64,000 bases of DNA. It comes from Pristiophorus japonicus. Taxonomy: Eukaryota. This document shows, one piece after another, positions 1 to 12,213 of the stretch; the first letter of the stretch is position 1; each line of letters opens with the position of its first letter. Made by a program: the position numbers and the translations under genes. Location: NCBI RefSeq assembly GCF_044704955.1, contig NC_091991.1, positions 1,550,001-1,614,000 on the forward strand, given 5' to 3'. Below the pieces are notes generated by a model. That model was not told the origin of the DNA and did not search any database. It saw only the letters and a program-made list of their open reading frames with translations.

Positions 1-640
1 ATAGCGAAGGGATTTGAATACAGAGGCAGGGAGGTGTTGCTACAGTTGTACAGGGCCTTGGTGAGGCCACACCTGGAGTATTGTGTACAGTTTTGGTCTC
101 CTAACTTGAGGAAGGACATTCTTGCTATTGAGGGAGTGCAGCGAAGATTCACCAGACTGATTCCCGGGATGGCGGGACTGACCTATCAAGAAAGACTGGA
201 TCAACTGGGCTTGTATTCACTGGAGTTCAGAAGAATGAGAGGGGACCTCATAGAAACATTTAAAATTCTGACGGGTTTGGACACGTAAGATGCAGGAAGA
301 ATGTTCCCAATGTTGGGGAAGTCCAGAACCAGGGGTCACAGTCTGAGGATAAGGGGTAAGCCATTTAGGACCGAGATGAGGAGAAACTTCTTCACCCAGA
401 GAGTGGTGAACCTGTGGAATTCTCTACCACAGAATGGAGTTGAGGCCAATTCACTAAATATATTCAAAAGGGAGTTAGATGAAGTCCTTACTACTCGGGG
501 GATCAAGGGTTATGGCGAGAAAGCAGGAAGGGGGTACTGAAGTTTCATGTTCAGCCATGAACTCATTGAATGGCGGTGCAGGCTAGAAGGGCTGAATGGC
601 CTGCTCCTGCACCTATTTTCTATGTTTATCTCTATCCTCC
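1..640 (+). mobile_element. CR1-clade LINE, 3' end (RT C-terminus and 3' UTR)
   Basis: ORFs 34-288 and 301-540 give LYRALVRPHLEYCVQFWSP and TRGHSLRIRG...RNFFTQRVVNLWNSLP; 3' UTR GGGCTGAATGGCCTGCTCCTGC ends in a TCTATG-type tail. Confidence 0.92.
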
Positions 641-960
641 CTATCTCTGTAATCTCCAGCCCCACAACCCCCGAGATCTCTGCGCTCCTCTAATTCTGGC
701 CTCGAGCATCCCTGATTTATAATCGCTCCACCATTGGTGGCCGTGCCTTCTGTTGCCTGGGCCCCAAGCTCTGGAACTCCTTCTCTTTCCTCCTTCAAGA
801 CGCTCCTTAAAATATACCTCTTTGACCAAGCTTTTGGTCACCTGCGCTAATTTCTACTTATGTGGCTCGGTGTCAATTATTTTAATCTCATAATACTCCT
901 GTGAAGCGCTTGGGACATTTCACTACGTTAAAGGCGCTATATAAATACAAGTTATTGTCT
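641..960 (+). mobile_element. L2-clade LINE 3' fragment
   Basis: CTCTGCGCTCCTCTAATTCTGGCCTC...CTCTGGAACTCC and tail AAAGGCGCTATATAAATACAAG; same family recurs at ~5130-5290, 20330-22160 and 58525-59175. Confidence 0.7.
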
Positions 961-1031
961 TGTCTTTTCCCTTTTAAGTGTACATTCATGGAATAACCTC
1001 ATGCTTAAATCATTTCTGTACTCTTCAATAG

Positions 1032-1204
1032 GCTGGAGCCCTGATGCCAGATATTCAGAACATTTCCTTTCCGAAGCAAAGTTGCTGCATTGGAACGGAA
1101 GATTTAAACCCTGGGATTATCCCACTGCACACATGGATTTATGGGAAAGATGGTACCTTCCCGATCCAACAGGACGGTTTAGACTGGTGCGACCCAACAA
1201 TTAG
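1032..1204 (+). CDS. GLT8D2: Glycosyltransferase 8 domain-containing protein 2, last coding exon
   Basis: Acceptor AG at 1030-1031; (G)WSPDARYSEHFLSEAKLLHWNGRFKPWDYP...PDPTGRFRLVRPNN-TAG matches the GLT8D2 C-terminus; tail-to-tail with TDG as in human. Confidence 0.92.
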
Positions 1205-1906
1205 GTCCTGTATCATGAGCAGAATTTTAATTTCTCCTTCAAATTAAGTGTGCGTTTTATTGGCATGCTGCAGTTTAAGTAGTCCACTATCTACGTTTAC
1301 GTCTTGTTCCTGCAAATTAAATGTTAGCAGAACTTCCTGCGACAGAAAGGCCAATTAGGATTTAGGTGATTAAAAAGATAATGAAATATTATTCAGCAAA
1401 AACATTTTTACATTAGAGATGAAAATTTAGCCTTGCACAATAACGTCTTTCAGCAGAGCGAGATTTTTGGTTAAAATTTGGCATAGTACAGACCAGTTTG
1501 CCAAATTGAATTCCTAGTACACAGTATTTGTGTGTAAGTACTTAAACTTTTTTTAAATGAATGCAAAGTCTTCATAATTGCTTTTCTACACTTTGAGGTA
1601 AACTTGAAAAATAATCAGTTTTAACCAGTTCTTGCCTAAATTTCAGTAACAGTGTAACACTATAACCTAGATACTAAACCCAATTGTAATCTGACTGAAT
1701 TTGCTGACAGAACATAGAAAGAGAAAATAGCATACGAGCATGCAACAACAGATTCACAAAAGGCTTTAGATCTGTCGGTATAGATATATGGCAAACTGAT
1801 AAATGTAAAATATTAGAGGTCGACGAGTGCACAATACAGAAAAAATATAAGGCATCCCTCGAATTCCACTACAACCCATTTCCCCTTTTTAAATTATGGT
1901 CAGTAC

Positions 1907-2196
1907 CAACGTTCCCTCTAAGCTGCGTGGCCCCGCAAGAATGGAACGGTCCCATGCAGGCCGCTCCCCGGCTTTCTCCATTATAAATACTGCATATGCA
2001 CGGAAATTTAAAGGGATTGCGCACTAAAGCTTAAGGGAAATTAAGGGAATCAAGGGATATGGGAACAGTGCAGGAAAGTGGAGTTGAGGTCGTGATCTTA
2101 TTGACTCCAGGGGCCGAATGGCCTACTCCTGCTCTTAATTCTTATGTTCTTAAAAGAAACAGGCCGCACAGAAAACACAGCTTACAGGGAACGTTA
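1907..2196. mobile_element. Non-autonomous hAT-type MITE with nested CR1 3' tail
   Basis: TIRs CAACGTTCCCTCTAAG / CTTACAGGGAACGTTA; perfect 8-bp TSD GTCAGTAC (1899-1906, 2197-2204); CR1 tail at ~2041-2151. Confidence 0.85.
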
Positions 2197-2302
2197 GTCA
2201 GTACGTCTGGGCAGTAGCAAATAAATCACGTGAGTTTGATGTGGAAAATGAGAATTGTTATCCCAGTGCCTTTACCTTCTGCCATCTGGTGTATGAAGCA
2301 TA

Positions 2303-2308
2303 AATAAA
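2303..2308 (+). terminator. Candidate GLT8D2 polyadenylation signal
   Basis: AATAAA with GT-rich sequence downstream; another AATAAA near 2220. Confidence 0.4.
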
Positions 2309-2755
2309 GAAATACAGAAAATGATCTCATTTGCGTGTGGCACAGTCCCAGAAATATGTGGTTGCTTTATTCAGCTGGTTTTGGAAAAACCAATCATACG
2401 GGGCAAGCATGAATCACCCCGCGTAGCTTGAAGTTGTGCAGAAACATCAGTGCCACCTTTGTAAGACCGCACTTAGCCAAAAGGTATTCAAAGATTTACA
2501 CAGGTAAAGGAACGTGTACATTTCTAACATAAAATGCAAACGAAAGACACCAAGTAAAAAGAATTTATTGTAATCTTTATTGAGTGTTTTTTTGCCAGAT
2601 TTCATAAACATCCCTCTCTTGCGAGAGGACTGAGCACCAAATTTACTAGTAAACAATATTAACATTTTTTAAAAGTTTCCAGTAGTTGCCCCTCGAGTAC
2701 ATTTATTTGTATATATTCCCACAGGAACAGTTTACATACAAGATCATGTGACATA

Positions 2756-3399
2756 CAATGTTCCCTCTAATGTTTATTTTAGGTGCGCGGTCCCTTTAAA
2801 TTTGCTGTGCAGCTTAGGGGGAATGTTGGTGATGTGCGGCCGTGTATCTTCTCCGGTGTTACAGCTGGTGACTGGCCTGCACGGGATCTCCCAATCACTG
2901 CGCTGTCGGCCACGCGGGATCTCCCAATCACTGCGCTGTCGGCCACGCGGGATCTCCCAATCACTGCGCTGTCGGCCACGCGGGATCTCCCAATCACTGC
3001 GCTGTCGGCCACGCGGGATCTCCCAATCACTGCGCTGTCGGCCACGCGGGATCTCCCAATCACTGCGTGGGATCTCCCAACTGCTGCGTGGCCTGCAAAG
3101 GATCTCCCAATTGCTGTGACCGGCCGCGCGGGATCTCCCAATCGCTGTGACCCCAGCCTGCGTGGGATCTCCCAATCGCTGCGTGGCCTGCGAAGGATCT
3201 CCCAATCGCTGTGACCCCAGCCTGCGTGGGATCTCCCAATCACTGTGACCAGCCGCGTGGGATCTCCCAATCGCTGCGTGGCCTGCGAAGGATCTCCCAA
3301 TCGCTGCGTGGCCTGCGAAGGATCTCCCAATCGCTGTGACCCCAGCCTGCGTGGGATCTCCCAATCGCTGCACGGCTGTGCAACTTAGGGGGAACGTTG
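2756..3399. mobile_element. hAT-type MITE with duplicated right TIR, enclosing a minisatellite
   Basis: Left TIR CAATGTTCCCTCTAA; right TIR TTAGGGGGAAYGTTG ends at 2828 and again at 3399, each followed by GTGATGTG (left flank GTGACATA, compatible with a CpG-decayed TSD). Confidence 0.7.
2875..3372. repeat. GC-rich minisatellite, 33-bp unit degenerating to 30-34-bp variants
   Basis: About 16 copies of the core GGATCTCCCAA; about 5 perfect units CACGCGGGATCTCCCAATCACTGCGCTGTCGGC. Confidence 0.95.
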
Positions 3400-3568
3400 G
3401 TGATGTGTGTAACCTGAAAACGTGCAACAGCTTTAAGTCACTAACGACAGTCTTACAAAATCTTTGCTGAAAACACTCACACTGGTTAGTTATAATAGTT
3501 TAATGAACCCTTAAGGCATTTTACAAAGTGTGATGTCACAGTTGAGCAATGTTTTACATAAAAACATA

Positions 3569-4068
3569 GCCCTGGTTTTAACAGGGAGGGGAGGAGGAGA
3601 AAGAGTGGGGCTGGCGGGGTGAGCGGACACGAGGCCCGAGCCATTGCGACTCCCAACCTCGGCCAGAATCCGGCATCAGTGACTTCAGGCCAGCGGGCAG
3701 GTGTCGGGCAAGTACGGCAGGAGCCATGGCTGAAGACTCGCAAGAATGATTATAGTCAGTCAGGTAAGTAGTGCCTGGGGGAGGGCTCGCTGGACAATCG
3801 GAGGCTTCCCTGCGAGGCCCACAAGGAAACTCGCAAAAATAACCGTCTCTTTGGCCTTGTGCTCCTGGGTGAGGCTGGTACTGGGCACCAAATGCAGTTG
3901 TCTTAGAGCTAAAATATAGTTAGGGACGGAGTGATAGTTTCACTGAAGCCCTCTATCTGGCCAGAACACACTTGTTAGAATGGCATGAGGATTGGCCAAA
4001 GATGTTGCAAGGGATTTACATTCCTTGCACTCCCCGTTCTCAGCATGTGTGGGTGTTAAAATCAGGGC
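3569..4068. mobile_element. Non-autonomous DNA transposon (MITE)
   Basis: Inverted termini TAGCCCTGGTTTTAACA (3567-3583) and TGTTAAAATCAGGGCTA (4054-4070), 16/17 match, TA at both flanks. Confidence 0.65.
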
Positions 4069-5648
4069 TAGTGAGCTTCATTTCCTTAGGCCTACGCACT
4101 TAAGTACAAGTCCACAGAAGGAACTGTTTTTGTTTCTACTCACTCAAATGTGAATCAGAAAAGACCAGAAATCAATTGTTGCGCATGTTTAGTTCAAAGG
4201 GTAACCGCTGTGAAATGCATGAGCAAGCCAGAATTGTGAATGTTCAGTTTAATTTCCATACAATTTTCAGTGGAAAACCATCTTTTATAGTTCATACAAA
4301 AATATTAAAACCCCAAAACACTGGAGGCAACTGTACTGTTGCTCAATCACAGATTTTTTTTTTTTAAACAGAATTAAAAGATTTGCCTGAAAACTTCTTA
4401 TTCTCTGGCTCCTTTTCCGTGCACCATCAACTTTCGAAACTACAATCTAATCAGGATAATTCAAAGTTGTCTTTTTGCAAGAAAAAAAATTCATTATTTG
4501 AATTCAGCAACGCAGGTAAAATAACAGCATAAAGTGGGAATTTATTGCTAAAATGTGAATCGTTGAATAATTTAAATTAAGCAACTTTGAATCAAGAGTA
4601 GACTGTATTCAAATAGTGTTAAGAACATCTATTCAATTGTAAAACATGATTATTTCTGCTACTTATTTTACAACTCTAACACCTTCTTATCCTTTATTAA
4701 TATATAACAAAAAGGTAGAGGCTGTGAATCAAGGTGTATCTTGTGTAACAGAATTTAATTTTCTCTGGAGAAGTAACACCCCCTCACATTGCAAAGTGAA
4801 CTTAAAATGAAGAATTGAAACTCTTCCGATTTTACGTTAAATTTGCATAAACAAGAAATGGACACTTGGACCCGTATTCATTGTGTATTTCTAATATGGA
4901 CCCTTTGGTCTAATATTAAACTTAAAATTCAAGTGGTTTGCTGAATAGATCTGAAATTGAAACTGCTATTGATAGAACTTCAACATGTGCTCATATCCTG
5001 AAAAATACAAATGTTGCAAAAGCTCCAAATAAGCAAGGCCCTAAACACCGTTCTGATTCAGTTTAAAAGGTTACAGTGTGATTTTTTTTTTGTACTCTCA
5101 CCATTAACTCTGACCAAGGTTCTACCCTCTGTAAATTGATGTCTTCCAGAACCCAGAGATCTCAGCGCTTACCTAATTCTGGCCTCTTGTTTATCCCCGA
5201 TTTTAAATCACTCCACCATCGGTGGCCGAGCCTTCAGCTGCCGAGGCCCCAAGCTCTGGAATTCCCTCCCTAAACCTCTCCATCTCTGAATTCTAACAGC
5301 CCTACAATTTAAATACTTGAGCAAGAGAATGTGTGCCAGTAAGAAACTCCAAATTGTATTAAAGGAATAAAATGAGCATCTGACCTTATTAAATAGAAAA
5401 CAATTTTTCCGTTAAACTATCTCTCCTCCCATCTATAAATATCTTGGGAAAGGTTTTATGCTAAAAGTTTACGAGTTCAGTTTTCTGACCTTCACTACAT
5501 CATTACGTTTACACAGAATTCTAAAGTTAAAACATTAGGGAAATAAAATGTTATCCCCAAACCTCCTCAGTTCAAAGACTGAGGTACAGTACTTTAAGAC
5601 TGCATTAAAACTGCAGTAACATTAAGTTCTGCAAACCTGTCAAATTCA

Positions 5649-5791
5649 TTATGTGCTATTCCCTTCTTGAGGTTGTGTGCAGTAATTGTTGATTGAAGGA
5701 ATCTGATCGGCAAACGACTGGGTCATCCACTGACCGTCAGGAACTTGGCAAAACGTCGAGTCTGCGTTGAACTCGGAGTTGCTGGTTGCTG
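5649..5791 (-). CDS. TDG: G/T mismatch-specific thymine DNA glycosylase, exon 10 (last)
   Basis: AATSNSEFNADSTFCQVPDGQWMTQSFADQIPSINNYCTQPQEGNST-TAA; conserved GQWMTQSF-DQIP; phase-1 acceptor TAG. Confidence 0.9.
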
Positions 5792-7461
5792 CTACAAAAC
5801 AAATTTAGTCGAAGTAACTTGGTGTTATTTTCTAAATTAAATCTGGAAAATAGTTCATAAATATAACTGCAGAGTAAAGCACCCTGCTGAGATAAAGAGA
5901 CTACAATCAAAAATATGAAAGCATTTAACATTTTAAAGTTACTAACTTTTGCCAACTTCAATGTACAAAAGTTTTGAATGCCAGATATCATGTTTCAAGA
6001 GAAACATCAGGAAACCATCTGGTGTCATCTTAGAATTCACTAAGTTTTACATAATATCTTCAACCACAAATCACCATAAGACCCACGATTCCTCTCGTTA
6101 GCCTCCTACCATCCTGCATGGCACAGTAACTGAGACGAATCATAGCAATTAATCTCCATCAATCAATCCAAAACAGACACAGGAATGACAAGGTGGTGGA
6201 GAGCTTTGGTTACCACAGATCTAGTCAGTTTTCCTCCCACGCATACTACATTTACCACGTCATGCCTCAAATCACCCATATACTGGTATTGCTGAAAGAA
6301 ATCTATCTAATTTGGATTTGAATTAATCAATACTAACTGCTTCCACTGTCTCCCGAGGGAGCCTGTTCCATAGTTTGACCACTCGCTCACTGAAGTATCG
6401 CTTCTGCAGATTAGCTTTGAATTTACCCCCCTTCAAGTATAGACCGTGATCTCTGGTTCTACTGTTCTGGACAAGGTGAAACGGCTCGTCATGATGAGCA
6501 CTATCTAGTCACCCTACTCCCTTAAAATGAAAATGTTCATGTACTTTTTAAAAACAATGCAGACCGTAGCGTAAAATATATATGGTATCATACATCATTT
6601 CCATCAGGTTTTCATATTATAAAATAGTACAGCACAGCTACTACTGAACCTGTATCCACCACCCTATCAGGCAGTGCATTCCAAATCCCAACCAGTGCAT
6701 CCCAGGGTAAAAACGTTTTTCTTAGTCACCTCTGGCTCCTTTGCCGATCTGTGCCCTCTTGTTATCGATATTTTATTAGATAAATATTGGATGATCTTAG
6801 TTGACCATTACCTGGATTTAATGGCGCAATCCTTTGTAGATTGCTTATACTGATGTCACTTAATTCTTTCCCGGACCCCCTCTCCCCGAATAATACCAGC
6901 TGTATACCAACTCACTTATTTTTAAAATGGGTAGACTGCAACACTTTCAAAGTATGACTAGTGCAACACTAGCAGCATTCCTAATCGCTAAGTTTTTAAT
7001 TAGTCTTTTTGCAGTTTGTTTCTAATTAACTGGTACATCACAGGATTGCCCCGTTCATTCCTCAGCGATTTATACAGAAACAAATGGACCCTGGGGAGGG
7101 AACTGTCAGGGCATTAATACAAAGATCTCCCAGGATCATCGGCTGACACAAAGTGTGCTTTAGGAGTGACGGTGACAGTAGACTCTGTCTCCAAGAACAG
7201 TTATTTGATACAACATACACAATACACAACCTTTTATTAATAAGTACAAAATGTTTGTGATGCTGCGAAGAGCTTCCTTCATTGATTCTTGAATTATATT
7301 AGTAACAAATGAATGCAGTATTGATTTAATATCCTAAGATTTACAAGATTGCCAAAAATCCACATACAGTAGTTTAATGCAGAAAATTCGCCATACACCA
7401 ATATAAAACTCTGAAAACCTGAGTGGATTAGCTCGCCTTGGAAATCATTTTATAACTTTAC

Positions 7462-7590
7462 CTGGTTCAGTCGTAGCAAAATTGCACTGCCCATTGCTTT
7501 CAGCAGATTTTTCAATATATGTTCCTCCATAAGCGGCTTCGTAACCTGGGTCATATTTTTCCTCTTTCACCGCCATTTTCTTGGCTTCCG
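7462..7590 (-). CDS. TDG: TDG exon 9
   Basis: EAKKMAVKEEKYDPGYEAAYGG..., includes the VKEE SUMO acceptor motif; AG/GT boundaries in phase. Confidence 0.95.
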
Positions 7591-7986
7591 CTGGGAGGAG
7601 AATTAGAGTTTTAAAAAATATTTACAGATTGCTTTTTATTACAGTTTTAATAAAAACAGAGTACCAATTTGGAGATGGTTCAATGAACTACTCCAGCTTG
7701 TGGCCAAACCAAGAACTCAACCATTCAGGACAATTACAATTGAAGACTGGGAATCAGCTCATGCCCAATGACTGGGAATCCAACATTCCAACACTACAGT
7801 GAACATTTAGATATTAATTAGATATTAACATTCATTTCTGCATAACCTGGGTATAAAGTAGAAATGCCTACCGTTACGATAACTTAATTCTAACCATCAG
7901 CGTGTTGCCAGTTTGTTTATTTGGGTGCGCTCTGCCTTTGTGAGCTATGGATGAGCAGCTTTGTTTGACAGCAGTCCTTCCTATAC

Positions 7987-8557
7987 TCATCATCATAGGT
8001 GGTCCCTCGAACGAGGATGACTTGCTTCCACGAGTACACAGGTGTTTCAATGAAGGACCCGATGTTCCAGTCCAGAGCTCCAATTGAGGGATGGAAGATG
8101 CCTGTGCGTGGATTTATTTAACGTGGGGTGACCGTTGCACACCAGCCACCACATGGGCTCGACAGAGCTAGGTCTTGGTCCAGCGGCAAGGGTTAATCAG
8201 GACGACTGGAGACCTGCTCTGCTGCACGGACCCAGCGCTCAGACGTATTGCAGTGTGGGCTGACCCGTGCTGCCCCTGGGCCCTTGCCTCTTCTGGGCCC
8301 CGTACCCTCATCTGTCACACCTCCGCCACAAACACTCGCTGCTCACCCACCCCGACCTTCCCACTCCTCTGTACCTGGGCCCTGCCGATGTGCCTGCCCA
8401 CGCTCCAAAACGGCGACCAGGGTTTTGATGACGTCACCCAGTCGCCCATCTCAAAATCCTTGGAGCAGCTCGCGCTGGAGGTTGAAGTGGTACGCCACTC
8501 CAGCTCTTTTATAGCCCGACCTGCGGAGCTGTTCTCTCACAGGTCGGGGGTGCCATG
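7987..8557 (-). mobile_element. RTE-clade LINE-related short element
   Basis: Reverse-strand tail TGGAAGCAAGTCATCCTCG...CCTATGATGATG shared with the RTE ORF fragment at 29840-30290; body shared with 13260-13600 and 49268-49800. Confidence 0.7.
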
Positions 8558-9810
8558 ATGCACTCCCTTATCATGCACTCCCCTGCTGTCTATGTATTTA
8601 ATGTATGCCTCTATCCTTACCCTCAATTGTTCCCTTATGGCTTTATTCATCCATGGAGTGTTTAGTTTGTTCTTTCCTTTTACCGAATAATTATACTATA
8701 CTATACTATGCATCAATGAAATGACCACTTCAGTCTGTGCCCTTCGGTTAAGAAAAACATTGACGTCAGCTTTACCTAATTAAGATCCTTTTGTTACTGA
8801 AAGGAAAAAAGGTGAGCAGGATTGGAATGTTTGGTCATAGTATATGCCTTAAACCGTCACCAATTTCATATTTAATTAAAGAGCAGACAGGGTCCTTAAT
8901 CATCTTAGTTCAGCTCACGGATTGAAACTGCTGATGGATGCATCTTTGTGAACAGGTTTCCTGTAATCTGATTGCTCATCGCCAATTACTTGTTACATTT
9001 GCCAAAACTAGTCTGTCCAGATAGTGAGTGGATCTTAAGGATGGGGTGGGGATTAATACTGTATTTGGTATGCATCCTGCATTACATAATGTATTTATGC
9101 ATAAATCAGTGGGTAGCTTTGTGAATATGAATGTAATATTCTTTAAATTTGCCTGAAAAGCAGAATGCAAGGGAATTTAGATATAAAAAGCTAAAGTTTA
9201 AAATAGTTTAAAACTTTTTTTATAACGCTCCTGTGCAGTGCCTTGGAATGTTTTACTTCATTAAAGGCACAATATAACTTTGAGGGCAGCTTTGTTTGAC
9301 AGCAGTCCTTCCTATACTCATCATCATAGGCGGTCCCTCGAACGAGGATGACTTGCTTCTACGAGTTCACAGGTCAAACAGGCTATTTAAGGGATGTGGT
9401 ATTATACATGATAAGCTGCTACACAATGGCAAAACTGATTGAATTCCTGGTGTTCGTAACCAGGTATCTTTCAAAATTAGATTTTTAAGTCCTTACAAAT
9501 GACAATGGACCCATTACAGGAGTTTATTGTATGCATGGTTACGTAATGTAATTCTTATAAGTGCCATGTTTTGTACTTCATATTTCTATTTAGCTGTAAA
9601 TAAGTATTAGTTACTTCAGATTGAATGTTTGGCAATCTAGTGGGAGAGTATGATTGGTTCAAGCATGTTCGTCCCAGTAACAAAACGTTACAGGATAGTT
9701 GGTAGATACAGAAGGTTTTAAGACTAAATCTTAAAAAAATAAATTTGTAGACATTGGGCTGCTCCTCCACCTGCAGGAGATTGTTTCAATTACAACTGCA
9801 GGCGACTTAC

Positions 9811-9982
9811 CCTGAGCTTTCTGCAGGTCAAATGAGTATTCGACTTCCGTGATCTCTCCAGCACCTGTAGTGCCTTTCAAGTGGTTTCGTAGTTCCTTTA
9901 GCTTGATATAATAATGTACCTTGTCCTGAGCCCGAGGAAACTGTGCACACCTTGCACTGGAAGAAGGCATGACATAAACCAC
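9811..9982 (-). CDS. TDG: TDG exon 8
   Basis: [32 protein letters not shown]...YSFDLQKAQ; contains the base-flipping Arg loop; 172 nt. Confidence 0.97.
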
Positions 9983-10847
9983 CTTAAAAATAAAGTCACA
10001 ATGATTTATTTTAACGTTACAGAAAACCTCACTGTGGGAAAGGAAGTGGTGAAACTGCACGAGGAACACTAGTATATTTCGGATGAAGGAACACTTTCAG
10101 CAAATGGGAAGTAATGATGAGATTAAGATACAGAAATATAAGATGGAGAACTTAAGGCAAATAAAAGAGCAGAGTACAGAATTTAAGGCAATTGAAAGGG
10201 TTGGGAAAATTTAGTTCAGATATAGATAGGGCACTTTGTCGGGAGGAAGTGGTAAGCCAAACTTCTTCTGTGCTTCAAAATGACTGAAATGTAGGCTAGA
10301 ACAGAACAGGCAGATGTTGAAAGGTGCTGTTTGAGTGGGAAGGAGGCAAAAGGAATTGGAGAAGAATGTGATAGCGAGGCCAAAGAAACAATCTAGAACT
10401 CGAGGACACTTGAAGCAGGATTTAACCGTACCGACCTATTACTAGCTAGGATAAACTTCTGGGTCGCTACACTGGAAACAACGCTGTGAAAAGGAAGAAA
10501 TGATCACTGGGTTGAGAGACACTCAAGCTTAGTTCCTTCAGCAAATTGAAGATAGACTACAGGAAAATTCAAGTTCCAATGAAGGAAATAGATTCTCAAT
10601 TCTCAATCAGGAAGATGGGCTATGCTTTTAAATTGAAATCCAAATCTGAAATCAAATGCTTACTTCTAGAAACACGCCACCTGACGAAGTAAATACGAAA
10701 GGGAAAATGGGCAAATTTTCACTGCAAGATAAGAGTTCAGAATCAACAGACGGGGGTGGGGAGGGAAGAGAGAGAAGGAGGGTTTTCCAACAGAAGAACT
10801 GAGCATTATGTGCTTCAGAATTTTATATGCATGAAATAAGTGCTTAC

Positions 10848-10942
10848 TGTTTCTCCTTCAGGGATCCTGTGTGGCTGCTGACCAAATTCCAATTTCTTGA
10901 CCTTAACTCCAAATACTTCTTTGCTAAAAATTTCATAAATGC
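10848..10942 (-). CDS. TDG: TDG exon 7
   Basis: (C)[31 protein letters not shown]; 95 nt. Confidence 0.96.
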
Positions 10943-11484
10943 CTGTAACAAATGGTAAGCAAGGTCAGATTGTTCCAAACTCACCAAGTTAATAAAGCCA
11001 GGCTCCGCTCATCAGTTTCTCAAGCATCAATGGAACACCTTTCCTATTGGCCATTGTCAAGTTTGCCGATAATTACTTTGGTATAAGTTGTCTTCCATAC
11101 ACATCACTTACTCGTTTATACCACTTAGTATGTACAGAATCATCACAATGAGTAGACTTTAGAGCCTGTCTAGGTATTTTGTGAAATAACTTACATTTAA
11201 GCAATGAGTTCATACTTTGTGGGGAACTGGGTAATGCAGTAGCCTTTCACCTCTGAGGCTTGGCCTGAAATGATGCAGTGTCTTCTGGAGGTTGGGACTG
11301 AGCGTGCTTTAATCTATCTTGTTGTGCTTTACATGACCTAGGAGAGTTTGATGTTGACACTGGGTACTATTCCCCAGCACTAATACCCCTCAACTTGTAG
11401 CAAATAAAAATATCATTTTATACATCAAGTTATAGTCAAGGAGCCAAAATTAATTTGATTTTAGCATTTCATACATATACTTAC

Positions 11485-11567
11485 ATTTTCCATTAAAAAC
11501 GGCAATCCGTGGCTTAAATTTCTGCAGTTTTTGCAGAAGTATTAATCCTCCTTCCCGAATCTCTTTA
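11485..11567 (-). CDS. TDG: TDG exon 6
   Basis: [27 protein letters not shown]; 83 nt. Confidence 0.96.
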
Positions 11568-11652
11568 CTGGAATGCAAAGACTATTTTAATTAAAATGTT
11601 CTTTCCAAACAAAACAATTCATTTTGAATTTTAATTCACATTCATTAATCAC

Positions 11653-11788
11653 CTTTTGAGGTCCTTGCTTCCTGGAGTAGTTCTCTCCACCATGTTGGTG
11701 AAACCGATTCCATATTTCTCTGGTAAAGTAGTATCATCCACATGATTTAAAGGCTTATCGATAAGACCGGACAAAAACAAGCACTTCC
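11653..11788 (-). CDS. TDG: TDG exon 5
   Basis: (W)[44 protein letters not shown]; 136 nt. Confidence 0.97.
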
Positions 11789-11904
11789 CTATGGAAGAAA
11801 GATGCACATGTGAAAATTTAAATGTAAGCACGAGTCCTGACAAAATAAACTAGTTTTGGGTAATAAAAACCTAGAAATTCCACTTCTGAAACCCCACACA
11901 CAAT

Positions 11905-12075
11905 AAAAACAAAAGCAAAATACTGCAGATGCTGGAGATCTGAAATAAAAACAGAGAATGCTGGAAATAGTCAGCGGGTCAGGCAGCGCTGTGGAGAGAG
12001 AAACAGAGTTAATGTCTCAGGTCAGTGATCCTTGGTCAGAACTGGATAAAATTAGACATGTAACAGGTTTTACAA
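11905..12075 (-). mobile_element. Penelope-like element terminal (pLTR) fragment
   Basis: AAATACTGCAGATGCTGGA..TCTGAAATAAAAACAGA..ATGCTGGAAAT..TCAGC.GGTCAGGCAGC repeat, also at 14026-14125, 24810-24985, 25480-25610 and 58290-58352; carries a hammerhead-like core on the minus strand. Confidence 0.6.
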
Positions 12076-12143
12076 ATCAAACATCGAAACTTCCAAAAGG
12101 TTTAAGAACACCCTACAGGAATTCTGTACATACAAGAACTTAC

Positions 12144-12213
12144 AAAAATGATTTCCTGGTCCCGGGTAATGATGTCCTTTGTATGCTGCCATCAGCCCTG
12201 GGTTAATTCCAAT
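12144..12213 (-). CDS. TDG: TDG exon 4
   Basis: [23 protein letters not shown](W); catalytic GINPG Asn; 70 nt. Confidence 0.97.

Noticed and set aside
2891-2914. CCAAT...CCACG in the minisatellite as an ERSE
   Set aside because: The spacer is 14 nt; ERSE needs exactly 9
2748-3427. Overlapping 123-217 aa repetitive ORFs on both strands
   Set aside because: They are translations of the 33-bp minisatellite, with no splice or homology support
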